From Octopus vulgaris (Eukaryota): a DNA stretch of 64,000 nt. Made by a program: the position numbers and the translations under genes. A model generated the notes under the pieces. It was not told the origin of the DNA and searched no databases. It was given only the letters and a program-made list of their open reading frames with translations. Location: positions 92,070,001 to 92,134,000 of the forward strand of contig OX597824.1 of NCBI GenBank assembly GCA_951406725.2. The letters run 5' to 3'. This document shows positions 11,728 through 26,668 of this stretch, one piece after another. How positions within the stretch are numbered: the first letter of the stretch is position 1; each line of letters opens with the position of its first letter.

Positions 11728-14700
11728 GTATAGATATGTTTGTATATGTATATATCCTTATATATGACTCTGTGTGTGTGCGTGTGTGTATGTGTGTGTG
11801 TGTTTGCGTGCTTATTAAGTTTATCTTGAGAGTTTATGTTTTATGTAGTCGAAATGAAATCAGCGATACGAAAAACGATTCGTTATCTTCAGAATTACGA
11901 GTATAAATAAAAGCGGAATGAAGGGAGACGCCAACGTTAATGGAAAGGAGAAATTAAGTAGAAAGTTAGTCGAGGCAATAGAGAGAGTTAGAGAAATGTC
12001 ATTAGATTAAGATAGGGAATGAAATAGCAGCCTAAGTCAAGGGATATCAACGAGTATGAGTGTATATCTAAAGCAACGGAGGACAGCGTGGATGTGTCAA
12101 GAGATGGTGACGATGAGAGAGTCTCGATCAAGGGGAGTTGGTGCTGTTACCTACATTTGATTATAACTGCGGCAAATTGAGTACAATTGAAATAGTAAAC
12201 TTGATTTCAAATTTAGATTATATTTTAAATCGAATTTACTGTTTTAAGTGTACTCCATTTACCGAAAATTACGTGTTCTATCTTCCCTCGAATCCATTGT
12301 CGTGATGCTTTCATCTGCTTAAAACACACACACACACACAAACACACCTACACAGAGGCTCCCCACACACATATATACACACCAGCGAACACACGATAAC
12401 ACATGCACGCATTCACCTGAACGCAAGACATACGATCCGCACCTTTGTTTTTCATCACCTTTGTTCAAGACCTTTCTCGTAATATTGTTCTGTATTGTTC
12501 TCTACACTTCTCCGCAATACAGAAACCCATGCAAAGCCATATTTCGTTGGGTTTTAACTCTAAAATACAGTATATGACCAATATAGAAAAATGCGAAATC
12601 GCGTACCATTATGTAAAGATGTTTAAAGACGGAGACCTGTGAGAATAGTCAATAGGCCGCAGAACACGCTACGCCATTTTTCATACTTTCTAGGGATAAG
12701 CGAATAGAAAATAAGATTTGCTAACCAAGGACGAAAATCGTGTTACATAGTATAATGAACGACCTGCGAGCCATGACTAACTCATCTTTTCGGGAAATAT
12801 CTGATTACATCAGCCAATGTGACCTTATTGTTTGTTGTAACTGGAAAGAAAAGAAAAGAGGAAAGAGAGAGAGAGAGAAAGAAAGAGAGAGATAAAGAGA
12901 TAGAGATAGAAAGAGAGAGATAGAGAGGAGGGAAATATGACTGCTATTTCTAGCAAATTTCTTCGGCTTTTTGCGTTCTTAGCTAAAATCCCACCAAAAT
13001 CAACTTAGGCTCCTAGAAAATAATTCTTTTGGGCTCGATAAAATATTCTACTAGACAATTACTGGAGTTGGCGTAATCGAATGACTCCGCCCTCAACTCG
13101 GTCACCCTAAAATCGCTTAGCATGTGCCAAAATCTGAAGTAATACACCGCATAAAGATGTTATATGAACGCAAAACATTGCGCTAATATGTAAATGTTTA
13201 TGCTGTAACGTATAGATTTTATGTTAAACTTATTCATAAAAATGGATAAATCGATATCATTAACCATGTGTATAAGAACGAAACAAAAAAGTGATAGCTC
13301 AATACCTATTATTTTAATATTCGAAACGGCTGTTAAGACGTAAAATCTCAACAAGCTCGTGGATATTACATCAATACAGATGCTGAGTATAACAATTGGT
13401 CGTGTTTTAATTTAGGTGGGGATTCAGCTACTCTGTGATTTAATTTTGGAGTGTTATATTAGGATTTATCGAACAGTTGTTCAAACACAATTTTGAAGAG
13501 ACAGGGTATTATATAAAATGTGTTATTCGGTAATCGCTTACTCAAAGTTAGAAAGGTGAGCGGGGTTGTAAAAATAGTTCTGTAAATATGCAATAAAATA
13601 ACAAGTTAATTAAAGACAGTGATTTTGAAGTTGCGTAGGAAAATAAAATTTTATGCATAGGCATAACATGTAGTTAGTTACACAATACACAAATGATAAA
13701 TAAGTAGGAACTCTAAGTTCTTTTAATTAAACACGAAGTTTATTTCTATGTACATTAGATGGTGTGTAGTACTATGCCATAAATATTCATACGACTCGAA
13801 ATGGTTTGTGGTTAATTTTCAGTAGTAAATATAACAATAAGCGTCTACCACTTAGACTGTATTTAAGATGTTCTTTACACTCAATGCGAATTAAGCGTCT
13901 CTAAATAATATAGTACTTATTTTGGAAATTGAGTTTAAGTTAGCGAACTGTGAGAATATTTTGCATGTCTGACAATATGCTCAGCGGTATTTGATCCGGT
14001 TTTACGTTCTGATTACAAATATTCTTCAGGTCGACTGGCCTCTCTTCCTTTCGAGGGTCGATAAAATTTGTAGCCGTCCAGCACTGGTTTGACGTAATTG
14101 AATATTCCTCTCGCCTCCAAATTTCAAGTCTATAATCCCAACGTATTATAGAAGTTGAAATATCGTATAAAACAAAACGTTTACAATTTAACTATATCAT
14201 GCTTAATTAGTGAATATTCAGTAAATATTGTTAGCTAATCAGGCAATATTTAGTTTTAAGAGAGAAGTTCAAAGTTAAAAAGTTTCAGTATTTTTCATTG
14301 TTGATTTGTTGGCAAAATGAGGTATTTAAATGGGGATCAAGAAGTGGTTTATAATAACTATATAAAGAGAACTACTTGTTGGTTATTTCAGATATTTCAT
14401 AAGACTTCATCTTTTCAGAATCAACGTATAAATTTTTAAAAAATAAGGTTTATCATGCATCGATCTTGAGTTAACTTGGATGTTTGTTCTCCAAATTAGA
14501 TATACATGCATGAACATATGTATGCAAGTATCTGTCGCTTTTGAGCTTCGTGCACTTTAAAAATTGAAGCCATGTTAGTCCTCTGTGATCAGAGTTCACT
14601 CTTCTACGCCGTATCTGTTACTTCCGCTTATATTCGATATTTCGTTACGCTCTTCACTTCATATAACATCATTTGATGCTCAATTAACTGACTGGTAACT

Positions 14701-14944
14701 TTATATCTTGGTGTTGGACATATAATTCAATGAAGGAGGGGGAAAGAAAGTATTCACACGACGCTCTTCTATTACCGTTACACAAGGTTAAACGATATCT
14801 GTCAACGGCTCACAGTGAACAGCCCACAATATTTTATTCTATAGCAATGTGTCAGTCCACTTTTAGTCACATGGGCATGGTCGGAATCCTCCCACACCAC
14901 GTAGTATCTACCCTATTTTGATTGTAATATTTTACAGTTCAAAA

Positions 14945-15440
14945 GCGGCTAGCTGGCAGCAACATTGGCACGCCGGGCGAAATGCATAGCGGCATTTCGT
15001 CTGTCTTTACGTTCTGAGTTCAAATTCCGCCAAGGCCGATGTTCCCTTTCATCCCTTCGGGGTCAATAAATTAAGTACCAGTTCCATACTAAGATCGATC
15101 TAATCTACTGGCCTGCTCCCCAAAATTTCGGACCTTGTGCCTAATGTAGAAAAGAATATTTTTATAGTTCTAAATTGAGTACCTATTTCTTTACTACACA
15201 CAAGGGGCTAAACATAGTGAGGGCAAGCAAGGACAGACAAAGGGATTAAGTCGATTATATCGACCCCAGTGCGTAACTGGTACTTATTTAATCGACCCCG
15301 AAAGGATGAAAGGGAAAGTCAACCTCGGCGGAATTTGAACTCAGAACGTAGCGGCAAACGTACCACTTGCATACTGTGGTCGATCTTATCGACTGGCCCA
15401 CTCACCAAAAATTTCGAGCCTTGAGCTTAGAGTAGAAAAT
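14945..15440. mobile_element. SINE family B cluster: plus copy 14945-15157 and minus copy 15184-15360 nested in another plus-strand remnant
   Basis: Family B motifs on both strands. gtacc is duplicated at the flanks of the minus copy. Confidence 0.8.
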
Positions 15441-15698
15441 AATATTTTTAAATTTAGAGGGAGATGCATCAATGAAACAAAAATAGAGGAAACGCTGTTC
15501 AGATTTCATTTAATTTTCAGTGAGAGTTGTAGAAAACAAACGTAAAACTTAATACTGTATAAACTTCAGTTGCGGAATTGTGAAGTGAGGTGTGTTACCA
15601 TTTGATAAAGACCCTATCCTTTCCTGAAACTTTCCCATATATGACAGCATATCACCCCTGTTAGGAGTGAAAAGAAATCATCCAAATTATACACAATA

Positions 15699-16079
15699 AG
15701 GAGATGCAAGCGTGGCTGTGTTGTACGAACACAGCATCGAAAACAAACGATTCTTGGTTTTGTCCCACTGCGGGGCACTTTGGACAAGTGTCTTCTGTTG
15801 TAGCCTAGAGCTTTCCAAACTCTTGTGAGTGAATTTGGTAGACGGAAACAAAAAGGAGCTAGTCGTATACACACGCACACATACGCACACACACATCTAT
15901 TTATGTTCCTCAGCACCGGTTGACAACCGTTGTTTGTGTGTTTGCATCACCGTAACGCAGTGGTTCGGCAAAGGTGATGGATAAAATAAGTGCCGCGTTT
16001 AAAATAATCAGTACAGGAGTAGATTCCTTCGACTAAAGATTCCTCAAGGCCCCAGAAATAGCCGTTGATAAATGACGGA

Positions 16080-16083
<4 letters not shown>
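15699..16083 (+). mobile_element. SINE family A, diverged copy
   Basis: Collinear with 63361-63770 (gtcccactgcg...caagtgtcttct...gaatttggtagacggaaac...ttgacaaccg). Confidence 0.8.
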
Positions 16084-16151
<68 letters not shown>

Positions 16152-16827
16152 AAACGATATGAAATGAAATATATAAACAAAGAGTAAGACTTTAAGCTTT
16201 AAGTGGATGTTTGTTCAATGTTAGGCAAACGGTAAGCAAGGTCTGAGCTTTGAGGAAGCAAACAATACTTTAATCTGTTGAAATAAACCATTTCCAGATT
16301 ACTAATATCTATGTCAAAATCTTTCGGATAAACACTGTTAGTCTTAAGTGACTGACGTTGCGACAGACTTTAAGAAGTCTGCGAATATGTTTACTAAATT
16401 ATCGTCAAATTGTTGTGCATGTCATTTTATGAGCGCCATCTTACAGCCTTTTTCTTTTGCTATTATATATGGAATTAATTCAAAGCTCCAAATTTTTGGA
16501 GCGGAACACAGTCGATGGAAATTTTAATTGCGATAAGCAGAGTGACATGACTGCCTAAGAAAATGAAATACAGAAAATTTCGTACCTCCGAAGCTAAAAG
16601 GGCGGCAGGAAATGTGTTTTAGAGAAGGGTGGAGTTCTTATTAATGGTTGCGCGAAAGGTTTTGACCTATGTTGTAGTATCGTCAGAACTTACGACATGG
16701 AGATTTAGCAATGAGAAAAAGGGTCATCACAAGGAATTTTATAAAGAAAAATGGGATAGAAGAAAAATAAAATGTTCCTGTTTGATATCGAACCTATCAC
16801 AATCATGCTTATAACCATGTTTGAAAA

Positions 16828-17241
16828 GGCGGCGAGCTGGCAGAAATGTGAGCACGCCGAGCGAAATGTTCAGCGGTATTTCGGTTGCTGCTACGTTCTG
16901 AGTTCAAATTCCGCCGATGTCGACTTTGCCTTTCATCCTTGCGGGGTCGATTAATTAAGTACCAGTTACGCACTGGTGTCGATATAATCGACTTAATCCG
17001 TCTGTCTGTCCTTGTTTGCCACCTATGTGTTTAACCCTTTGTGGGTAGTAAAAAATAGGTATTTCGTCTGCCGCTGCATTCTGAGTTCAAATTCCGCCGA
17101 GGTCGACACTGCCTTTCATCCTTTTCGGGGTCGATTAAATAAGTACCAGTGACGCACTGGGATCGATGTAACCGACTTAATCCCTTTGTCTGTCCTTGTT
17201 TGCCCTCTCTATGCTTAGCCCTCTGCGGGAAATGAAGAAAT
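16828..17241 (+). mobile_element. SINE family B, head-to-tail partial dimer
   Basis: Full monomer 16828-17059, then a restart at the internal ggtatttcgtctgcc. Confidence 0.88.
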
Positions 17242-17460
17242 AAATATATCCATGTTTGAATGCAAAAATATGCAAATACACACACATACACACACACGCA
17301 TGTACACACACATATATATATATATATACATAACGTATATTTTGTATGAGTGTATGTTTACGTATGTATGAACATGTGCATTAATACATACATATATGTA
17401 TGTATATATCTGCACCTATATGTTCATATATATAAATATGGATGTGTGCACATGTTTTCT

Positions 17461-17497
<37 letters not shown>

Positions 17498-17510
17498 ATG
17501 TGTGTGTGTG

Positions 17511-17546
<36 letters not shown>

Positions 17547-17857
17547 TGTGTGTGTGTGTGTCTGTGTGTGTGCCTACATGTATGGGAAGATAGGAAGATA
17601 ACTACGCATATGGATTAGTTGATGATTACAAACGTAATGACTGATTAATTATTTGCAAAGAAAAGGCGCGTTGGAATGAGAGAGAAAAAAGAGCAAAAAG
17701 CAAATGAGATGGGAATTTAACTTGGCAACGTGAGTAATTTGGTTGGTAGTTAATTAGATCTGGCACATTTATTGCTGCCTGTTCCTTAATTCCTTGTTTA
17801 TGACTGCTAGATGAAGCCAATTAATTATCTTCTCAATTATTAAGAGAATATATACAT

Positions 17858-17964
<107 letters not shown>

Positions 17965-18016
17965 TATATTTATATATATATGTATATATATGTACATATA
18001 TATAGATATATTTATA

Positions 18017-18066
<50 letters not shown>

Positions 18067-18713
18067 TACATATATAAATACATACACATACATATATACA
18101 TATACTTATACATATATAAACTCTCCCACATATGTATATATATATGTGTATATAGATATGTACATACATAGATGCATATAATATTTAGAGACGTACGCAT
18201 GCTGGACAAACGCACAAGACGAACTGACATAGGCATTAAAGCCCACAGAGGTATACGCATGAGGTATACTCAGATACACACATACATGAATTAATATTGT
18301 ACGCACGTGCCCGCGTGTGTATGTGTTTATAGGTATGAGTATAGTATGTTTAGTTGAATGTATATAGTCACCCAAACAATTGGTGTAGTTGCTATCAATT
18401 TACCTATCTGAATTATTTCACAATTTACTCCCGATTAATTTCCTTTACAGTTAAGTACATATGAGTGCGTGTGCCCGCGCGCGTGAAGTTATATATATAT
18501 ATATATATATTTGTATGTATGCACGTATGTATATATTTGAGGGAATAAAGATAGCACTGCACAGAGCGTTCAGTTGGAGTAATACGTATGTAATAGCAGC
18601 TCGAATCATCCCCTTCGTAATTACAGGTACCATGGAATAAATTACAACTCATCGGGTGACTGGAACCCAAACAAATCTTATATCATGCAAATTTTACACT
18701 CTCTCTCTATCCA

Positions 18714-18833
<120 letters not shown>

Positions 18834-19111
18834 TATATGTGTGTTTCTGCGTTTGAATGTATGCATATATGTTCACGCACTCAGATACATACATAGAAAC
18901 ATAAATGCACACATGTAGATACACATACACACTCATGCACACAGAGACACGGTTCGAATAATAAAAGAGAACGTAAAATTTAATAGACGTCATATAAATA
19001 TAGGTTTGTGTTTATCTGCCAGTGCGTATGCGTGCAGGTATCGCAACATCTTTGCTTGTCATGCCTTTGTGTGTATGTGTATGTGTGTGTGTTTGTGTGT
19101 GTGTGTGTGAG

Positions 19112-19163
<52 letters not shown>

Positions 19164-19749
19164 AATGCATGAAGCTAAGTTTATCTGTTGATTATATAGT
19201 TATCGATTATCTATTTATACTAATGTACACCTTGATAGAACAGAAATAATGGTTACTTTCAAAAATAATTCTACCGTTGTTATCAAAAGTTAATTATCTT
19301 CAGAATGGAATGTAGACCGATAATTTTTTTTTTTTTGTGTGTGTGTGTGTGTTTTTGTGTGTGTGTTTGTGTGTGTGAGCAATGTGTGTGTGTGTGTGTG
19401 TGCTTGCTAATGCATGAAGCTAATATCGCTAAAAGTTATCGATTATCTAAAAAAATGTACAAAACAGAAATAATGAAAAAATAGTCGTTGTTATCAAAAT
19501 GGTTGATAAAGGGTTGAGAGATTTTTTTTCTAAGTTCATACACTTACTGACAGTGAATTACGTGGCTGCAATAGTTACAATAAATGGATGCATGCTTACT
19601 TTTTTTGTTTGTGTGTGTGTGTGTGTCATTCCACTCACAAACAAAATTTTATATATATATATATATGCACGCACACACACACATAGATAGAATGATAAAC
19701 TGATAGATACACAGATACAGATATGTGTGTGTCATTCCACTCACAAACA

Positions 19750-19789
<40 letters not shown>

Positions 19790-20029
19790 CACGCACACAC
19801 ACACATAGATAGAATGATAAACTGATAGATACACAGATACAGATATAGATAAATGCACATATCTAAGCGTAGGTAATTATCTGTATGTATATATATATAT
19901 CTATATATATATGTATATACACATCTTAGATTATGTGTATAGGCATGTACGTATGCACATATCTATCAATCTATCAGCCTATCTATCTATGTATCTATGT
20001 ATGTATGTATGTATGTATCTATCTATCTA

Positions 20030-20114
<85 letters not shown>

Positions 20115-20260
20115 ATGTGTGTGTATGTGTGTGTGTGTGTATGTATTCTTGTATGAGTGTATAAATGCATTTGCACACACGCAGAGATATATGTATAAAG
20201 TGTATTCTTGCACGTGTATGTATATATATATGTGTGTTAATATATATGTATATATATATA

Positions 20261-20643
20261 CTAGCAGTATCGCCCGGCGTTGCTCAGGTTTGTAAGGGAA
20301 ATAACTATAAAGCATTTTTAGAGAGTTATAGCCAAAAAATAGCAAAAAAATGGAAAAAAAATGATGGTAAATTTTTTTTTAGTTAAAAAAGGTGGAGTTG
20401 CGTCCCCTAGACAGTTTGCGGTTGGTGTTTCTGATTCTCGACTCCATGTCGAATTTATCGATTTTTTTCAGAAGTGGGGGAACTTTTCCAAATATTCGCT
20501 GCGTTAGTTTTGAATTATGACATTGGGCTATGTGTGTGTCAAGTTTCATCAGAATCGGTTGAAAGCCGTGGTCAGGGTGAGGGTACAAGCAAACAGACAC
20601 ACAGAAACACGCACAGACAAACTGCCGTTTATATAGAGAGAGA
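20261..20643 (-). mobile_element. Non-autonomous Helitron-type element, copy 1
   Basis: The minus strand begins A|TCTCTCTCTATATAAA and ends with a GC hairpin (cctgagcaacgccggg) followed by CTAG|T. No TSD. A near-identical copy lies at 25036-25421. Confidence 0.85.
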
Positions 20644-20652
20644 TATATATAT

Positions 20653-20727
<75 letters not shown>

Positions 20728-20744
20728 GCATGTATATATATAAG

Positions 20745-20960
20745 TATTACTTGGCATATCTCTTAATTTTGTTACTAACTCGAATGACTTTCTACGTAAA
20801 CGAACATCTTTCAGTGACAATTCTATTCCTTTTTTAATTGTAGTTGGGTGTGTTTTGCTATATTTTCTCTCTCCTGGCATGATTATTTTATTTACAGTTC
20901 GATCTACTGATCCACTCAATTATTGTTATTGTAATATATACATTTTTCACGCCAGATTGT
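20745..20960 (-). mobile_element. Possible decayed Penelope-like element ORF fragment (post-RT thumb/linker)
   Basis: The minus strand reads NLA*KMYIL then ERKY...PTTIKKGIELSLKDVRLRRK, resembling the PLE segment NLARRICTI...L.ER.YP..LI.KGI. By-eye similarity only. Confidence 0.4.
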
Positions 20961-21363
20961 CTGTCATAGCTGCTCCCTTAATACCCTAGAAGTTTATGAT
21001 GGTAGCTGTGAAATTGACCAAGATTGGGGGTACGCATCAAAACTGAAATGATATTTGATCGACAAATCGTGAGGGAAATTATATGCGCCCGATGAACGCG
21101 TTTTATCTGATTTACAGTAGAATCTTTTGTCCTGCATCTGTGCTACACTTTCAGTACACACCAACCACACACTCATGCACTGTGGTATGTAGATATTTTC
21201 TACTCTGCGGTACGGAGTGCTCCTCGGGGCGAATGTAGGGTACCAGGCTAAAATTCAGCATATGTATCACAAACTATATTCACATTGCAAAGCTAGTGAT
21301 TCTCGTTATTTTTCCCTACGACTGTTGTCAGTGTGTATTTTTAGGCGTCCGTAAATGATACCT

Positions 21364-21671
21364 GTGGAGGCGCAATGGCCTAGTGGTTAGGGCAGCGGAC
21401 TCGCGGTCGTAGGATCGCGGTTTCGATTCCCAGACCGGGCGTTGTGAGTGTTTATTGAGCGAAAACACCTAGAAGCACCACAAGGCTCCGGCAGGGGGTG
21501 GTGATCCCTGCTGTACACTTTCACCACTCTTTCTCCCACTCTTTCTTCTGTTGGCCTGCTCGCTTAGCCAGCGGGGTGGCGTCGTTCGAAGGCTAAAACA
21601 ATGCGAACGCATTGTGACCAGCGATGTGTAACTACATCTGATGGACTGGTCGGTCACGTGATCACGTGATA
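21364..21671 (+). mobile_element. tRNA-derived SINE family D
   Basis: tggcctagtggttagg (A box), ggtttcgattccc (B box), tail gtcacgtgatcacgtgat. A second copy lies at 40215-40529 on the minus strand. Confidence 0.9.
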
Positions 21672-22001
21672 CGATACCTATTCAAAGCTGTACCTTGTCA
21701 ATAGACAAACCGCGAGAATAAGCCGACCTTCCGCAGGTGTTGTTTCCATATCATCCTTCGTGTTGTTAAAGTTCTCTTTTCTTCGACATTTTGTTCCATG
21801 CGGAGCGAAATGCTATTAATAGTCATTTTTTGAACAGCTGAAAGAATATTTTGAATTTTGTAGTTGCTTTTGAAGCCAACTTCAAACGTAACAAAGCCGA
21901 ACAGACGTATATATCAGGTAGGTACTTTCGTTTCCATTGTGTAAATTCCGCTTTGTAAAATATTCATAACTTGTTTTCAATATGTAAAATATATATATAT
22001 T

Positions 22002-22860
22002 CGGCAGTGAGCTAGCAGGATCGTTTTCCCAACTATAATATGCATTGCAGAACTTCATCCGTTTTTGCTTTCTGAGTTCAAACTCCAATAAGGTCGAACT
22101 TGACTAGGGTCGATGTAATCGATTTATATACCACAACAAATTGCTGGCCTTGTGCTGAAATTTGAAACAAATATGTAAAGTATTTATATAGGGCGCCGAA
22201 TTGGCTGAGTCGTTAGCACGCCGGGCAAATTGCTCGGCAGAATTTCATCCGTTTTTTACGTTCAGAGTTCTAACTCAGCTGAAGTCGGCTATGATTTTCA
22301 TCCTTTCGGCTTCGATGAAATAGGTATTAGCCAAGTACTTGGGTCGATGCAATCGACTTTATCCTCTCCTCCAATACCCACCCCACCCCACCCCACCACT
22401 TCCGCATACCTTACCACTTCACCCCAACTCCACACACACCTCCCTACCGCCACAAAACACATCCCCACCCATCCACTCATATCCTCACTCGAGGTCGGCT
22501 ATGATGTTCATGCTTACGGGTTTCGATGAAATAGGTATTAGCGGCGAGCTGGCAGAAACGTTAGCACGCCGGGGGAAATGCGTAGCTGTATTTCGTCTGT
22601 CGTAACGTTCTTAGTTCAAATTCCGCCGAGGTCGACTTTGCCTTTCATCCTTTCGGGGTCGATTAAATAAATATCAGTTATGCACTGGGGTCGATATAAT
22701 CGACTTAATCCGTGTGTCTGTCCTTGTTTGTCCCCTCTGTGTTTAGCCCCTTGTGGGTAGTAAAGAAATAGGTAGTAGCCGAGCATTTGGATCGATGCAA
22801 TCGACTTTATTCCACCCAATCCCCTCCAAATTGCTGGCTTTGTACCAACAATTGAAAACC
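22002..22860 (+). mobile_element. Stack of SINE family B copies; a young copy at 22541-22770 is nested in an older one
   Basis: Family B motifs at 22002-22170, 22191-22365 and 22490-22860. aaataggtattagc and aaataggtagtagc flank the young copy. Confidence 0.8.
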
Positions 22861-23300
22861 AATATGTAAAGTATACACTACCTAACTTCGACATTACGAT
22901 ATTTACTGGTGTTAAGAGAACAAAACAGCTGCAACAGAGATAAATATAATCTCAACTGTCATGCTAATAAAATAATTAAATATTACTATTAATAATTAAT
23001 TATTAATTATTACTATTAATTTCCTATTACGCAAACATCTTCGATGAAATTCGCTCAACAACTCCCGCTGGGGCTCTATGCTTTCTAACCGTTTCCCATT
23101 TTGTGATAATCATATTATTTTGTGTATGCCTTGCGCACACATTCCTTTAACACTTCTAAATTCACATCATTGCCTACCCTCAGGTATTTCTGTAATAGGT
23201 ATGTCTTTATTATGCATGGACGCCATTTATCTTTATATTTGCAGTCACTGGAACGCTGCGGCCATGTATTTATATGCACGTGTATATATATCATGTATGC

Positions 23301-23333
<33 letters not shown>

Positions 23334-23372
23334 TACACATACACACATATATGCTTATATACACATATCTAC

Positions 23373-23461
<89 letters not shown>

Positions 23462-24494
23462 CATGTATCTATATGTGTATACTTATTCAAATATATGTCT
23501 ATTTTTATGTATATGTGTGCATGTGTGTGTGGTTATGTGTATATCGGAAGATATATAGGTACTGATAGGTGAGTATTGTAATTCGCTTGAAGCCTTGTGT
23601 ATTGTTTGTAAAGAATACAATATTTTGAATGACACAACAATGCACTATAATACAAACAATGGACAACTATAATAACTGTTGTAATTTAATTATCCGTCGT
23701 CTGATATGATTTTTCGGAATATAAAGTTCCTTCTTCAGATATCCCTAGGAATTGACGCAGTCGCTGCTATAATCGGTTTTCAAACGGCTTTTTTGTTTAA
23801 AGGTGGAAGCGTCTCAGCAGTGAACTCACGAAGCTCCTTCCAGAAATGCGTGAAGTCGGCCATGTCTCAAGCTAGCGTGTACTGGCACATCCGGAGCGCC
23901 GCTTCTAAGTTATGTATTATACGTACAGCTTCCCTTGTTTTCCCCTGGTGTATATCAATAGGGAAAAGAGGTATTAATAATCTATTCTTATGCATATTTG
24001 TACATAATCGTGTTTTATAAGTACTTTTAGTCCTTTACTAAAAAAATACTCAATTTTCCTACATATGCAGAAAGAAAGTGTCTGTTTAGAGAAGTTGTGA
24101 ATTTTTCAAATATTGGCAGGAAAGTATACTTTAACGAAGCCAATCTCGCAAAAGGAACGTCCAAATCGTCAAATGAACATGCCAGGAATTTAGCCAAACC
24201 TGATTCGAAAAAGACAAAAAGGCAGATTACTTTAAAGTACCAGCCAAAAATAACTATCACTCAATACACACACACATGGACACACACACACTCACACACA
24301 CACACGCACACCCACATGACATGGACACACACACTCACACACGAAAACATACAAATATGCATGGTGAATATATATACATATGCGCCGAAAATTACTTTAC
24401 TACGAACATACATACGTTTTTGAGCAAGCAGGTATATATATAATTTTATATATAGATTATACAGATACATGCACACACACACACACACACACAT

Positions 24495-24533
<39 letters not shown>

Positions 24534-24651
24534 CATATATATTTGTTTGTAAATATATCTGCATGTGTATATGTAGACATATATATATATTTGTGTACAC
24601 ATATGTGCATATGCTTAAGTATCTATCGGTATGTGCCTCTCTCTATCTCCC

Positions 24652-24724
<73 letters not shown>

Positions 24725-25035
24725 CGAAAGGGAGGGAGAGAAAGAGAAAGAGAGAAAGAGAGAAAGGTAGATAGGTAGATCAATAAATAGCCTGATATGC
24801 AAATAGATAAATGTATGTGAATGCCTTTTGGTCTTGGATGTAGTTTGGGTTGTGTGTCTGTCCCTGTTATGATGTGGAAATTATTTGAGTAGAGAAGCTT
24901 GTTTAAGCGATCGCATGTTTATTCCGTTGCTATATATGCTTATTTATGAATCCTAGCCTTATAATTGCATGTAAACACGTACAGTTTTATACATTGTAAT
25001 GTATTTTTTATTCTACTTTCGCGTATATATTCACA

Positions 25036-25421
25036 CTAGCAGTATCGCCCGGCGTTGCTCAGGTTTGTAAGGGAAATAACTATAAAGCATTTTTAGAGAG
25101 TTATAGCCAAAAAATAGCAAAAAAATGGAAAAAAAATTATGGTAAATTTTTTTTTGAGATTTAAAAAAGGTAGAGTTGCGTCCCCTAGACAGTTTGTGGT
25201 TCGTATTCCTGATTCTCGACCCCATGTCGAATTTATCGATTTTTTTCAGAACTGGGGGAACTTTTCAAAATTTTCGCTGCGTTAGTTTTGAATTATGACA
25301 TTGGGCTATGTGTGTGTCAAGTTTAATCAGAATCGGTTGAAAGCCGTGGTCAGGGTGAGGGTACAAGCAAACAGACACACAGAAACACGCACAGACAAAC
25401 TGCCGTTTATATAGAGAGAGA
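25036..25421 (-). mobile_element. Non-autonomous Helitron-type element, copy 2
   Basis: Same termini (5'-TC and CTAG-3') and A|T insertion site as 20261-20643. Confidence 0.85.
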
Positions 25422-26522
25422 TATCCACATACTCCCAGATATATGCAGAGAAAGATGTAGAGAGCAGGAGTCAAAAAATCAGAGACACACACAGACATTG
25501 TTAATATTAAATATACATGAAAATTATTATATACTTGTATTTCTGTTTGACACTTACAGGATTACATATAAAACACAACTTTTGCCTGTGTCCCCCTCAC
25601 ACTTATTTTCGGAAGATATGCTTTTTTCTCTCTCTCTATCCAACGTGTAACTTAACTTTGTAATTTTTCATTTTGGCTGACAACAGCAATTTCATGTAAT
25701 AGAAAAACAAAAATTCTAAACACAAGAAACCTCTTTAATAACAATACTATTATATCAAAGTTTTACCTTAAACTTACTTCCAAACACTTGAACATCTCAA
25801 AAGCATTCTTTTCAGCATATATCTTTTGTCAAGAAATTTTCCACCTGTCTGTAAGATATTGGTTCCATTGTTATCGCACATATTGCATCATATTCTGCTT
25901 TGTAGCTGTTATTCATTGCTAGTTTTGTAGTTATTGGTATTATTCTTAGTGGTATTATTTATACTATTATCGTTATTGTTATTATTATAATGGTATTACG
26001 ATATAATCATTACGTTATATTAAATTGCCTTTTTCATGTGATGTATATATTTATATATTTTCTTATTGTTATTTCTCATAATGGAACATACCATTACGCA
26101 TCAATGTAGTCTACAGTAATGTCGACAGTCCATGACGGAAGTGCAGCATAAAATGTTTCTTAGACAAAACAACACTTTACAAACTCCTTGTACTGCGACA
26201 CATACCCTTCATATACCCGTCTAATGGATATCACAAAGATGTCTGTAACAATAGCGTTTCCTCCAAACATAATGTCGAACATTTAACAGCAGGGAATGCG
26301 CGGCCAACTTACTAATCTAGGTTCAGTTATAAATATTTGGGAAATATTATATTTTAATATTTATTGTAGATTAAGGTGATCTGGCGGAACCGTTGTCACT
26401 GTGGGAAAACGCTTAACGACATTTTGAATTTGAAATTCTGTTGTGGTCCACAGTGCTTTTCATTCTCTCGAGTTCGACAGAGTAAGTACCCGTTGAGTAC
26501 GCTGAATGAAGCCGGGCGTGTG

Positions 26523-26586
<64 letters not shown>

Positions 26587-26607
26587 GTATGTATATATAT
26601 ATATATG

Positions 26608-26660
<53 letters not shown>

Positions 26661-26668
<8 letters not shown>

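Noticed and set aside
21364-21440. tRNA gene (also the heads at about 5310-5380, 40455-40529 and 63361-63430)
   Set aside because: A and B boxes are present but there is no complete cloverleaf, and each continues into a dispersed repeat body. These are SINE heads.
23706-24020. 104-aa ORF in unique-looking sequence
   Set aside because: No recognisable motif on either strand and no convincing splice-site pair.
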